From: a phage
Reading direction: 5' to 3' (one strand)
NCBI GenBank assembly: GCA_031490115.1
Contig: GCA_031490115.1_4355.1
DNA length: 43,346 nucleotides
How positions within the stretch are numbered: position 1 is the stretch's first letter; every line of letters starts with the position of its first letter. This document shows positions 35,121 to 43,346 of the stretch, one piece after another. The notes under the pieces were generated by a model. It saw nothing but the letters and a program-made list of their open reading frames with translations. It was not told the origin of the DNA and did not search any database. Made by a program: the position numbers and the translations under genes.

Positions 35121-35174
35121 ATGTTAGTCGTTATTTCAGTAGTAATTGCAGTTGATGCGGTGATGTTTCTTTAG
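35121..35174 (+). CDS. 17-aa hydrophobic mini-ORF (leader peptide candidate)
   Basis: GAGGAGG 6 nt upstream of ATG; MLVVISVVIAVDAVMFL. Confidence 0.25.
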   Translation: MLVVISVVIAVDAVMFL

Positions 35175-35218
35175 GCTTGTAGTGGTATTGGTGAAATTGA
35201 CACGGGTAATGGTGAACT

Positions 35219-35563
35219 ATGAAATATATTAAATTAGCAGTAGCGGGTGTTGTAGCCGTCTGTTTGAGTGGTTGCGTAAGGTCGTTGCCAGACCCAGCTT
35301 TACAGGTTTATCAGGCGGGGGATACAACGGCAACATGTAATCAGTTACTATCGAGAATCGCCACGACAAAACAAGCTCAAGCCAACGCTACGCACCGTGT
35401 TAATAAGCAAATAGGTACTAACGTTGTACTCGGTGTTACAGGCGCATTCCTGATTGTTCCGCTGTTCTTTATGGACACAGGCGCTGGGCCTTCTATGGAC
35501 GAGATGGCAGCCGGTAATCGTCTGTCGCAGTTACAACAAACATACGACGAGAAATGCAAATGA
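35219..35563 (+). CDS. lipoprotein (superinfection-exclusion candidate)
   Basis: Signal peptide with lipobox LSGC, plus a C-proximal hydrophobic segment; own promoter and terminator; opposite strand to the surrounding structural genes. Confidence 0.55.
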   Translation: MKYIKLAVAGVVAVCLSGCVRSLPDPALQVYQAGDTTATCNQLLSRIATTKQAQANATHRVNKQIGTNVVLGVTGAFLIVPLFFMDTGAGPSMDEMAAGNRLSQLQQTYDEKCK

Positions 35564-35631
35564 CAAATAGTGTGATGTTTTATGTTGTTTTGTGGGTATC
35601 GGCTGCGGTTATCACCGCGATGTTCATATAA
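35560..35631 (+). CDS. 23-aa hydrophobic peptide
   Basis: ATGA-coupled to the lipoprotein gene. Confidence 0.25.
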   Translation: MTNSVMFYVVLWVSAAVITAMFI

Positions 35632-35635
35632 AAAT

Positions 35636-35658
35636 AAAGCCCCGTAAGGGGCCTTTTA
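35636..35658. terminator. bidirectional terminator
   Basis: AGCCCC-gtaa-GGGGC followed by CTTTT. Confidence 0.6.
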
Positions 35659-36120
35659 TCATTCTGGCTTAGTTACCTTCGCCGCTTTACTGACGGCCTC
35701 TACCCCATCGGCATCAGTAACTTTAACGAAGTATTCGCCGACCGCATTAACCGTCAGAGACAGAGCCTCCTCAGGCGCATTCACCACTTCCTTACCGTCT
35801 TTGTACCAGGTCAGAGAATACGGCGCTTTGCCTGCCTTAACCTCGACAGTGATGGTTGCGCTGCCGCCCGCCAGTTCAGCGTCCTGCGGTTGCGCGGAGA
35901 AATACACGTCGCCAGCGTCCGCCAGATACGGAATTTCATAAAGCATACTGGCGGCGGGCAACGCAATACCGGTTTTATCTGCAAACGGCATATCATCTAC
36001 CGGTGTACCGAGTACACTTTCGTCCCCAATAAATACCACGTTCTCGCCAGAGCCAGACACGCGGGCGTACTGGACTACGCGACGAGACGGTACGTCAGTT
36101 ACTTTGAAAAAGCCCATCAT
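35659..36120 (-). CDS. Ig-like domain structural protein
   Basis: 153 aa; YSLTWYKDGKEV...GEYFVKVTDADG is an Ig I-set-like motif shared with the 31701-32042 product. Confidence 0.5.
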   Translation of the reverse strand: MMGFFKVTDVPSRRVVQYARVSGSGENVVFIGDESVLGTPVDDMPFADKTGIALPAASMLYEIPYLADAGDVYFSAQPQDAELAGGSATITVEVKAGKAPYSLTWYKDGKEVVNAPEEALSLTVNAVGEYFVKVTDADGVEAVSKAAKVTKPE

Positions 36121-37163
36121 TATTCCCCTTTCAGATAATCAGCAACACGTTTATCGAGTTCCGCCATCTGCTTAAGCGTGAGCGGATTCCCGAAACCATC
36201 TACAGATATTACGCGAAACTCTTCCGGCGATATACCGCTGTTACGGAAAATCTTACCTCGCACCGGGCCGAGCGCCTGGTCCTGAAACCACGCCGGTTGT
36301 TGTTTCAGGAACTCGTAATAGGTGGTGTCTGCGCTTACCTGAGTACCGCCGTCCGCACCCTTAGCCGCACGTTTTGCGCCTTTATCGAGGAAGTCGAACT
36401 CGGAACTGATTACCGGAGCCGTGCACGACCGGCAGTTCGGATGGGCTGGTGGCATCGGACCTTTACCGATTTCCCACGTCATTCCGTCTCTGGTCCTGCA
36501 AGTCGTGCTGGTACGGCTGTCCAGCGTCGACACCCACTCGTATTTCTCGATGATGTCGTCGTTCTGGCGGTACGTCTCGTTACGTGCTTCGTTGGACACG
36601 TGGGACAGCGCAGTACGGATTACTGTAGCCGCGTATTTCTCCGATACGTCAGCCAGCCCGCCTTTACCGACTACTTCCGTAACAATCTGCCGTGTTGTCT
36701 TACCCTGAACAAAGCCCATCTTAACGCCGGTTACAAGACGTGCTACTTCCGTTTCACCCCAGCCCGACATCAGCTTGGTGAAATCAACGGGCTTGTCGCT
36801 CAATGATAATGGTTGAAACTCGGCAGCGGCCCATACCTGTTCTGCTGTAGGCGTAACAAATTCCGCGTCTACGTTGGCGGTCAGTGTCTTTACGTTCCAC
36901 TCAGCCTCATACGCCGCCAGTTCCTTAAGGTCTTCTGTCAGCTTTGTCTGCCAGTCGCCCGTAAGCCCCACCAGTGCTTCTTCAAGGTCGCGTAACAATT
37001 TATTCAGTCGGGCAGTGCTTCGCCCGTCGTCACCGAATAACAGCACCTGCCGTTTTATTTCGTCCCGCATCTCCTGAATGAACGGTGCTAGGTCTTTCAC
37101 TTCACCAGATGCGGTGCGTTGCAGCCAAATCTGGTGGCTGATTAGTGATGTCAGTAAGCTCAT
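36120..37163 (-). CDS. head morphogenesis / minor head protein (Mu gpF / SPP1 gp7 family)
   Basis: LDSRTSTTCRTRDGMTWE...HPNCRSCTAP is the hallmark motif of this family; lies downstream of portal. Confidence 0.75.
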   Translation of the reverse strand: MSLLTSLISHQIWLQRTASGEVKDLAPFIQEMRDEIKRQVLLFGDDGRSTARLNKLLRDLEEALVGLTGDWQTKLTEDLKELAAYEAEWNVKTLTANVDAEFVTPTAEQVWAAAEFQPLSLSDKPVDFTKLMSGWGETEVARLVTGVKMGFVQGKTTRQIVTEVVGKGGLADVSEKYAATVIRTALSHVSNEARNETYRQNDDIIEKYEWVSTLDSRTSTTCRTRDGMTWEIGKGPMPPAHPNCRSCTAPVISSEFDFLDKGAKRAAKGADGGTQVSADTTYYEFLKQQPAWFQDQALGPVRGKIFRNSGISPEEFRVISVDGFGNPLTLKQMAELDKRVADYLKGE

Positions 37164-37244
37164 ATACCCTCCTGTTTCGATATGACAATCATATCAGTCG
37201 GTAACGTATTGGCATAATCATACGCATTTAAGGTTAAAAAGAGC

Positions 37245-37276
37245 TTGATTAAATTCTACATTCAAATGTAGAATTT
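37245..37276 (+). promoter_or_regulatory. promoter with embedded 26-bp palindromic operator
   Basis: TTGATT (37245-37250)-N18-TAGAAT (37269-37274); perfect 12-bp inverted arms AAATTCTACATT/AATGTAGAATTT at 37251-37276 around a CA centre. Confidence 0.55.
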
Positions 37277-37305
37277 AAACGTACACTTAAACAGGAGAAA
37301 TACAC

Positions 37306-37959
37306 ATGAAACTGCAAACATTAGAGTTCCCTTATGGAGAAATCACTTTTGACCGTGAAAACTTTATTAACGTAAACGAGCTGGTTGACCAGATGAACCG
37401 TTGGCGTTTAGACAACGGCATGGGGGCCAGAGAGCTTCGCCAGGTCATGGCAACGGATGGCTTCAAGATTTTCAAGGAGGAATGCGAAAAACAACTCGGA
37501 ATCGAGAATGCCATAAGGGCGACGAAAGGCCGAAACGGTCGCACCTTTGCATGTCTCCATCTGGCAGTATATATTGCTGAGCAATACAGCGCCTATTTCC
37601 ATTTCCTCGTTATCGACCGCTTTATCACACAACGGCAGGTAGAACTACGAAACATTGGCGCGGTGAGCTTTGTCGAGCTTAACGCTGCCGTTAGTCGAAT
37701 GATCGAGCGCACGGAGGGAAGAATTGGCCACAGTGGACACTTCATACAGGTGGCTAAAGCGGTAAAGGAATCCGTAGATATCCGCGACGTAACGGGTTTC
37801 GATACATGGGACTCTCAGGATGCGAAGACCAATCAGTTGCGAAGTGACATCCAGAAAGCTCTGGTGACGCTTCTTGACATGGAGGCCGTTAATACATGGG
37901 GTGAACTGAAAGAGGCGATACCTCGGGTTGTGCGTAAATGTGCGGCTAATATACGTTAA
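37306..37959 (+). CDS. KilA-N domain protein
   Basis: 217 aa; N-terminal region (...NGRTFACLHLAVYIAEQYSAYFHFLVIDRF) fits the KilA-N/APSES-type fold; AGGAGAAA upstream. Confidence 0.55.
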   Translation: MKLQTLEFPYGEITFDRENFINVNELVDQMNRWRLDNGMGARELRQVMATDGFKIFKEECEKQLGIENAIRATKGRNGRTFACLHLAVYIAEQYSAYFHFLVIDRFITQRQVELRNIGAVSFVELNAAVSRMIERTEGRIGHSGHFIQVAKAVKESVDIRDVTGFDTWDSQDAKTNQLRSDIQKALVTLLDMEAVNTWGELKEAIPRVVRKCAANIR

Positions 37960-37963
37960 AACT

Positions 37964-37990
37964 AAGGCCCCTAGCGGGGCCTTTCTATTT
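37964..37990. terminator. bidirectional terminator
   Basis: GGCCCC-tagc-GGGGCC followed by TTTCTATTT; overlaps the portal stop. Confidence 0.6.
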
Positions 37991-39458
37991 ACTCCTGTTG
38001 TTGCGCGGACTGCGGAATTTCTCCTGCTACCTGAGCAACCGCACCCAACGGCAGCGGTGCGTCCCTAATAGCGTTCTGAATGTCCTCATCGGTCCAGTCG
38101 GTTACGCCAGCCTTACGCAACGCGGCGTAGTAAGCAGTAGCTGGTAGCAGGCCTGCGTTAATGTCCGTCATCCACTGAGCGCGGTCCTGAGCTGTCATCG
38201 GTTGCAGGAAGAACTCCATGTTCAGCTTGAATTCAATCTCTGTGTCTTCGCGCAACCCTAGCATCGCCGCTACCCAGCGCAATGCATCGGTATACGCCAT
38301 ACTTACGTTACGTGCGATTGTCGCCATAACAGACGTATCCGCGCCACGTTGCAGGCGGGCGGATTCGGCGGTGATTTGCTGCGTCGGGGTGATAAGCTGC
38401 GCACCAATCTGAATGGCCTGATTCTCTTTATCCAGCATATTCTGTTTGGCGAGGTTGTTCTCTCCTGCCTGAACAAGAAATGCATTGCCGCCGTAACCGA
38501 TGTTATGGCCCGAACGCGACCCCATGCGCACGCCGTGAGGGTTGGCTTCTTTCCACTGTTCCATGCTCATGTTCTCGCCAGGGGCGATGAACAGAGTAGG
38601 CTGGCCTACAACGAAGCTGGATTCCTCGTTGTCCGCGCTGTTGCGGAAATGCCCGATATTAAGCTCAGCTAACGGCAGCAAAGGTGCATCATCAATGGTC
38701 ACATCGTTGTTGCTTGCCCCAATGAACGTGAACGGGATTTTGCCCCGTAACTGTTCGCCAAGTTCCGGGAATATTTCGATTACATCATCCTGAGCGCCAC
38801 CTTCGGCATCGAAGCGATAGATTCGCTGGCGGTAGCGCCCGTCAATCAAATCGAGAACGCGGTATTGCTCGCCGAATTTTGTTTCAAACTCAGCGCCTGG
38901 TTCCGAGTATTCCCATGCCTCACGCAATACAACCATCGTCACGCGGTTCACTGAACCGATGCGGGTGAGTCTCCAGTTGATAATGTTCTCCGCGGTATAG
39001 AATGCGATTACCGGGTTTAATAATCCCGCGTTCTGCTCTGCCGCCGTTGCTGCGGCTGTTTCCGGGGCGTCCACCAGCAACCCGCCACGACCCACCGAAT
39101 CAATCTCCATTAGCGTATCCTGTGCGTGCTGCCACAGCCCGACACCAGAACCGTCCGCGTTACGTAACAGGTACTCCAGTTCAGGCGGTATAATCTGCTC
39201 GGGGTCTTTGCGCATGACACTGCCGACCATCCCCACCAGCGTTCTCTTGGTGAAGTTGTAGCAGATAGCGCCGTTCTCGTATTCTTCCTGTCGCTGTGCT
39301 GCGTAGGTCTGGTCAGGCTCGTTCTTCCCGACGTTGCGCAGATAGCGGATAAGGTCGCCTTCAAGAGCGTGGCGTACCTTCTGCCATTTATCGGAGTGAC
39401 GCAGCCATTCCCGGTGTTTTGTCTTAACACCCTGATTCTGACCGTTCATAGTTAACAT
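37989..39458 (-). CDS. portal protein
   Basis: 489 aa, between the large terminase and the head morphogenesis gene. Confidence 0.75.
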   Translation of the reverse strand: MLTMNGQNQGVKTKHREWLRHSDKWQKVRHALEGDLIRYLRNVGKNEPDQTYAAQRQEEYENGAICYNFTKRTLVGMVGSVMRKDPEQIIPPELEYLLRNADGSGVGLWQHAQDTLMEIDSVGRGGLLVDAPETAAATAAEQNAGLLNPVIAFYTAENIINWRLTRIGSVNRVTMVVLREAWEYSEPGAEFETKFGEQYRVLDLIDGRYRQRIYRFDAEGGAQDDVIEIFPELGEQLRGKIPFTFIGASNNDVTIDDAPLLPLAELNIGHFRNSADNEESSFVVGQPTLFIAPGENMSMEQWKEANPHGVRMGSRSGHNIGYGGNAFLVQAGENNLAKQNMLDKENQAIQIGAQLITPTQQITAESARLQRGADTSVMATIARNVSMAYTDALRWVAAMLGLREDTEIEFKLNMEFFLQPMTAQDRAQWMTDINAGLLPATAYYAALRKAGVTDWTDEDIQNAIRDAPLPLGAVAQVAGEIPQSAQQQE

Positions 39459-39470
39459 TGAATAATCCTC

Positions 39471-40742
39471 TTAAAGTGCGAAAGTCACCGGGACGTTAAT
39501 AACTGGTTTGCGAATCGGCATTTCATACGCGATAGGGTATGTGGTTCCATCATTCTGGTGGTCCACACCGCCTGATTTATCCGGTTCGCCGTTCTTGTCG
39601 TAAGCCTGTTGCTCCAGGCATCGTGCGGTAACAGGGCAAGCCTGTTCATTAATCATGACCATACCAGATTCAAGCGCCTTATTCATCGCCGCTACGCGGT
39701 CTTTAACCGGTGGGTTTGTCGATTTAGCGCGCACTTCGAAGCCGGCCTGCTGTAACTGGGCAATATCAGATGTGCTGGCGTTGTTACTTTTACGGTTTTT
39801 ACCGCTTGCGTCGGGGTACATAACGATATAGTGGCCCTTACTTTTCCAGCGCTCTGTTACGGCTCTCACCACATCGGGCGTATCGAACATATCCACCAAC
39901 TCGGCGACTGCATGCCAGACTTTGCCACGTTGCACGTAAACTGTACTAGCCATGTGGCCTACGTTAAAGTCCTGCCCGATATACAGAGTCTCGCCTGGTT
40001 TTATTGTTTCGCGGCTGCTGTTTTTCCCGCGGTCATAGGCGTAATAGACAGTCCCCGCCGTCAGGTTGACGAACTCGCCGTTGATGTAGGCGTCAATCAA
40101 CTGACCTGGGTATGTGTCGCGTAACGACTGCACATAATCTTCTGGCAGGAACGGGTTAGACAGGGTGGACGCCTGAATCATCTCGTAGCCTGGATTCTTT
40201 TTGACTACCCAGCGGTCATGTACGAAACGGAATCCTTCCGGGGTAGTGAACACGGAAACGGTATTAGCAGGTTTCGGTGTAATAGGTTTATATGTCCGCG
40301 GCAACTGGCGGTTACGGGCGATGACTTTGTTCCACGCGTGCTCGGCGTGCTCCATGTTAAGGGTGTCCAACTCGTCGATTTTCGCACGAAACGATTCGTA
40401 GCCAACGATTCGTGCTGGATTATCAAGTGTACGCAGAACAAAATCCCCAAATTGCCCGGAAGACGTATAGATTATGTTGTCAGACTTGTTGTATTTGTAC
40501 CGGATACCCCAGTCGGTGAGCTTTTCTTCCATACGCGGTGCAAGGATGAGGCGCACCAGGTCATAAGTCGGCTCATACATGGCGATGATAGAATCGCTAC
40601 CACCTTCCATGCTGTCGAGTAGTGCAGAGTTGCACATAACTTCGGATTTACCCGTACCGAAGCCAGCTACGAATGCCGGAAACTTGCAATGCATACCGAG
40701 AAACGCGCCTTGCGGCTCCGTTGCCGTGATATTAACGTTCAC
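39471..40742 (-). CDS. terminase large subunit
   Basis: 423 aa; Walker A AGFGTGKS near the N-terminus, nuclease-like acidic motifs C-terminally. Confidence 0.85.
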   Translation of the reverse strand: MNVNITATEPQGAFLGMHCKFPAFVAGFGTGKSEVMCNSALLDSMEGGSDSIIAMYEPTYDLVRLILAPRMEEKLTDWGIRYKYNKSDNIIYTSSGQFGDFVLRTLDNPARIVGYESFRAKIDELDTLNMEHAEHAWNKVIARNRQLPRTYKPITPKPANTVSVFTTPEGFRFVHDRWVVKKNPGYEMIQASTLSNPFLPEDYVQSLRDTYPGQLIDAYINGEFVNLTAGTVYYAYDRGKNSSRETIKPGETLYIGQDFNVGHMASTVYVQRGKVWHAVAELVDMFDTPDVVRAVTERWKSKGHYIVMYPDASGKNRKSNNASTSDIAQLQQAGFEVRAKSTNPPVKDRVAAMNKALESGMVMINEQACPVTARCLEQQAYDKNGEPDKSGGVDHQNDGTTYPIAYEMPIRKPVINVPVTFAL

Positions 40743-41240
40743 CGGACACCACCTTAATTGTTACTTCGCTGATTGGCTCGTCGCGTACTTCTTCGGCGGC
40801 AACAGTTTTATTCAGGCCCAGTTTCGCGGCAGCAAACGTAGCAGAGATGCCCGCGGCCCCCGTTTCAGTGAAGTATGCCTCTTCCAGCGCCTGTGCCGTT
40901 TCATAGGCTTCTGCAAATGCGGGAATCTCGCGCAGCCACAGCTTAATAATCGGGATAGTGGCACCGATGTGTAAGGCGAAGCGAGCCAGTGATGGCGGTT
41001 TATCCTGAATCCGCGGGCGTTCATCACCCTTTGACGTAGGCACAAGCTCCCACGACGTGCGGTCGAAGAACTCGATTAGTGCATCGCAATAGCCCGGGTC
41101 CCACAACGCGGCGGAATTACGGGATGATTGATAAAGGCTCTGTTTACCGCGCGGTCGTTTACGGCGACGGTTTGCGCTAACAGCTTCTTCATGTGCAGCT
41201 TGTACCACCTCTGGCGATGGCTGCTTAAGTTTCAGCTTCA
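40732..41240 (-). CDS. terminase small subunit (putative)
   Basis: About 169 aa from the ATG at 41238-41240 (AAGGGG SD); basic N-terminus; 11-nt overlap with the large terminase start. Confidence 0.5.
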
Positions 41241-41332
41241 TAGAATCCCCTTGCATATGCGTCTGACCATCAGAGCGCACCAGACGCGCCCTACGCGTCT
41301 AAAGGGATTATATAAGGGGATTGGGCGGGATG

Positions 41333-41360
41333 TACAGAAAAGCCCTCCGTAGAGGGCTTG
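41333..41360 (-). terminator. rho-independent terminator ending the right-end small-gene operon
   Basis: Minus-strand AAGCCCTC-tacg-GAGGGCTT followed by TTTCTGT. Confidence 0.6.
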
Positions 41361-41417
41361 TATCAGTTATATAGGCCGTGGCGTGGCGCTCGTTTACCGT
41401 CGCCGCCGTAATGGTCG

Positions 41418-41690
41418 TTAGCTACCGCTATAACCCAGGCATTCGGAAAGACTAAAAGTTGCATTAAATTCCTCAAGGTCTATTTTACGAATACATGGTG
41501 AAAGGCAATCAGCGAAAACCAACTCACCAGAATCAATAACGACGAATCGCCAGCCTTTGAATATGTTCTCGGAAATACCCTCCGCAACTTCGCGTACATT
41601 AGGCATGTGTTCTGGGAAATCGTGGAAGTTTCTGGACAAAAATTCAAGGGCCTCACACCGGTTTATGTGGTAGTTATCATATCCAATCAT
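41418..41690 (-). CDS. hypothetical protein
   Basis: 90-aa ORF, last gene of the right-end operon. Confidence 0.4.
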   Translation of the reverse strand: MIGYDNYHINRCEALEFLSRNFHDFPEHMPNVREVAEGISENIFKGWRFVVIDSGELVFADCLSPCIRKIDLEEFNATFSLSECLGYSGS

Positions 41691-41923
41691 TCCCCGCTCT
41701 CCTCTTTAGCGATGCGTTGCTCTGTTTTAGTGATACCGCGGCGCGTGAATAACACCGGGCTTGTCTTAACGTGCGTCATAAGACGGTTGTTATAAATTAC
41801 GTGGCGCTCGCAATCAACATCTTTGCTGTACTTCGCAATCGTCATTTCGTTGATGCCAGTTTGTCGGCATGTCTCCGCCATCGTGCCAAATTCTTTAATC
41901 AGGTTCGGAATGCTGGTAATCAT
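41687..41923 (-). CDS. hypothetical protein (possible HTH)
   Basis: ATGA overlap with the upstream gene if the internal Met is used; the longest ORF extends to 41947. Confidence 0.4.
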   Translation of the reverse strand: MITSIPNLIKEFGTMAETCRQTGINEMTIAKYSKDVDCERHVIYNNRLMTHVKTSPVLFTRRGITKTEQRIAKEESGE

Positions 41924-42090
41924 CCTAAGAAATTCCTCGTTGTCCACATCGCATTCGGATATTTGTTATCGCGGTCCTGCACTACGGCGACCATGTTGCC
42001 GCGTTGCACCAGGCAGAAGTGCCGCTGCTGCTCTCCGTTGTAGCGGCGCCAGATTGCCTCTTCGATTGCTGCGTTGATGTCACTGAACAT
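41920..42090 (-). CDS. hypothetical protein
   Basis: ORF beginning MFSDINAAIEE; the longest form has a GTG start at 42105. Confidence 0.35.
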   Translation of the reverse strand: MFSDINAAIEEAIWRRYNGEQQRHFCLVQRGNMVAVVQDRDNKYPNAMWTTRNFLG

Positions 42091-42173
42091 TAGTATCTGC
42101 CCCACAGAAACCCAACCAATAGTCCGATAAAATAACCTGCTGCTACAAGGCCAATAACCACCTCGAGACTCAT
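42090..42173 (-). CDS. 27-aa hydrophobic peptide
   Basis: MSLEVVIGLVAAGYFIGLLVGFLWGRY, a single TM helix. Confidence 0.25.
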   Translation of the reverse strand: MSLEVVIGLVAAGYFIGLLVGFLWGRY

Positions 42174-42177
42174 ACTC

Positions 42178-42360
42178 TTACCCCACTATCTCATCACCGA
42201 GCCACGCCGTTTCTCGTATATCGTCTACCACACAAGCGGCGTGCTCACGGCTAATTGCAAAAATGTAGAAGCTAAACTTCTTCCCGTCGGCGTCGATGTG
42301 GTTAACCGAGTATGGTTTCCACAGGACGCCATCGATAACTACAGGTTCAGGCGCTTTCAT
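42178..42360 (-). CDS. hypothetical protein
   Basis: 60-aa ORF. Confidence 0.4.
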   Translation of the reverse strand: MKAPEPVVIDGVLWKPYSVNHIDADGKKFSFYIFAISREHAACVVDDIRETAWLGDEIVG

Positions 42361-42646
42361 CTTCTGGCCTGACTACATTGTCGTACAGCGGGATTATTAC
42401 GTCGGCCCCGTTCTTTAAGGCCTCGTTTGCAGTGGTGTAATAGGCCAGTGACGAGCCACTCTCACCGACGAACAACCCCGCGTACACGTTTGGTTCTTGC
42501 GTCTTAATAGCCAGTAGCTCTTTAAACGCCTCCAGCTGAAACTCACCATTAATCGACAGTTGCCCGCCTAACGTCTGTTTCTCTGACTCAAGCACCAGGA
42601 TACGGCGCTCGAGTGATGCGATTGTGATTTTAGGCATTGGTATCAC
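42347..42646 (-). CDS. hypothetical protein
   Basis: 99-aa ORF. Confidence 0.4.
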   Translation of the reverse strand: MIPMPKITIASLERRILVLESEKQTLGGQLSINGEFQLEAFKELLAIKTQEPNVYAGLFVGESGSSLAYYTTANEALKNGADVIIPLYDNVVRPEDESA

Positions 42647-42815
42647 CTTTGTTCAGGTTGAAGCGGTTGATCAGTTCACGGCGTGTCTCATAGAGCGATT
42701 CCACCATCTGCTCCGCTACTGCGATTTTAGTATTCAGGACATGCATCACGTGGCTGATGTCTACGCCGCCGTTGGCAGCCTCTACCATCATCTTTTCATA
42801 TTCACGGTCAGTCAT
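42630..42815 (-). CDS. hypothetical protein
   Basis: ORF beginning MTDREYEKMM; the longest form has a GTG start at 42830. Confidence 0.4.
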   Translation of the reverse strand: MTDREYEKMMVEAANGGVDISHVMHVLNTKIAVAEQMVESLYETRRELINRFNLNKGDTNA

Positions 42816-42967
42816 TTCTTCTCTCCCCACATGCGATTGAGATACTTGTTCTTGTCTGGCCCAGGGAAACTGTTACGTTTCATCAGTTCCTCGCGTGTCG
42901 GGAACGGGGTGTGACTGACTTTACGGCCTACTCGTGATGGTTGGCTTACTTGACCTTGTTCGCTCAT
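42812..42967 (-). CDS. hypothetical small protein (51 aa)
   Basis: ATGA-coupled ORF not in the six-frame list. Confidence 0.3.
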   Translation of the reverse strand: MSEQGQVSQPSRVGRKVSHTPFPTREELMKRNSFPGPDKNKYLNRMWGEKK

Positions 42968-43116
42968 TGTTGTACCCCCCATTCTGTGACAAAGATAAAG
43001 TCGTAAGTACCTTGCTCCATGTCTACAAAGTGCTTTGCAGACTCCTGAGTACCAAATACGCCCAATACTTCCGGGTCTTCGTACTCATTGCGGCCTTCTA
43101 CAATATAGACTTTCAT
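42964..43116 (-). CDS. hypothetical small protein (50 aa)
   Basis: AGGAGAGAAGGA upstream; ATGA overlaps on both sides. Confidence 0.35.
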   Translation of the reverse strand: MKVYIVEGRNEYEDPEVLGVFGTQESAKHFVDMEQGTYDFIFVTEWGVQQ

Positions 43117-43262
43117 TCCTTCTCTCCTGCATAGGCTGTTTTCAGTGCCTGCATTGCCGCGGCCCAGAACGCGTCAGCCGGGATATTGCTGCTCAGGTTA
43201 TTGACGGCGATGCGCGCCATCAGTTGTGCGTCTTCGAATGCTTCGGTATCTGTGATTTTCAT
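43113..43262 (-). CDS. hypothetical small protein (49 aa)
   Basis: First gene behind the promoter at 43296-43324; GGAG SD. Confidence 0.35.
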   Translation of the reverse strand: MKITDTEAFEDAQLMARIAVNNLSSNIPADAFWAAAMQALKTAYAGEKE

Positions 43263-43295
43263 TTTCTCTACTCCGTTCTCGTTGTCGATGAAGTA

Positions 43296-43324
43296 AATAT
43301 AATAGGGTCGAGGATAATAGTCAA
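43296..43324 (-). promoter_or_regulatory. sigma70-like promoter (TTGACT-N17-TATATT), leftward
   Basis: -35 is the reverse complement of 43319-43324, -10 the reverse complement of 43296-43301. Confidence 0.55.
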
Positions 43325-43346
43325 CTAGTCATCACAGAAAATAGAT

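Noticed and set aside
1-43346. CRISPR arrays, tRNA genes, integrase or attachment sites
   Set aside because: No regularly spaced short repeats and no tRNA-like T-loop signatures were found. No tyrosine or serine recombinase motifs were seen, so the XRE regulator and Xis-like HTH protein are not enough to call the phage temperate.

Overview
This window reads as a near-complete genome of a tailed dsDNA phage of enterobacteria (siphovirus-like tail module with tape measure and G/T chaperones, plus a tailspike). Assignment to a named phage group is not possible without a database search. Layout: (i) 98-3474, minus strand: small genes ending in a holin/holin-like/endolysin lysis cassette; (ii) 3944-15841, plus strand: early/replication module (Xis-like HTH, primase-helicase, XRE regulator on the opposite strand, Cas4-like nuclease, SSB-like protein, family A DNA polymerase, VRR-NUC, DEAD/SNF2-like helicase, Toprim protein); (iii) 15873-41240, minus strand: structural and packaging module (tailspike, tail tip proteins, tape measure, major tail, neck proteins, capsid, scaffold, Rz/Rz1 spanins, head morphogenesis protein, portal, terminase); (iv) 41418-43262, minus strand: a chain of small overlapping genes behind a sigma70-like promoter at the window edge. 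Three plus-strand cassettes, each with its own promoter and terminator, interrupt the minus-strand structural module: superinfection-immunity-like protein + HTH + PNK-like phosphatase + dNMP-kinase-like protein; a lipoprotein cassette; a KilA-N gene behind a 26-bp palindrome. The most unusual signal is a duplicated ~140-bp promoter-plus-leader element (3692-3838 and 34856-34998) with a compensatory-substituted hairpin, each followed ~200 nt downstream by a strong GC hairpin ahead of a long leftward operon, which I interpret as a candidate antitermination-type control element. No tRNA, CRISPR array, integrase or transposase was recognised. All protein calls are from motif reading by eye, not from searches.
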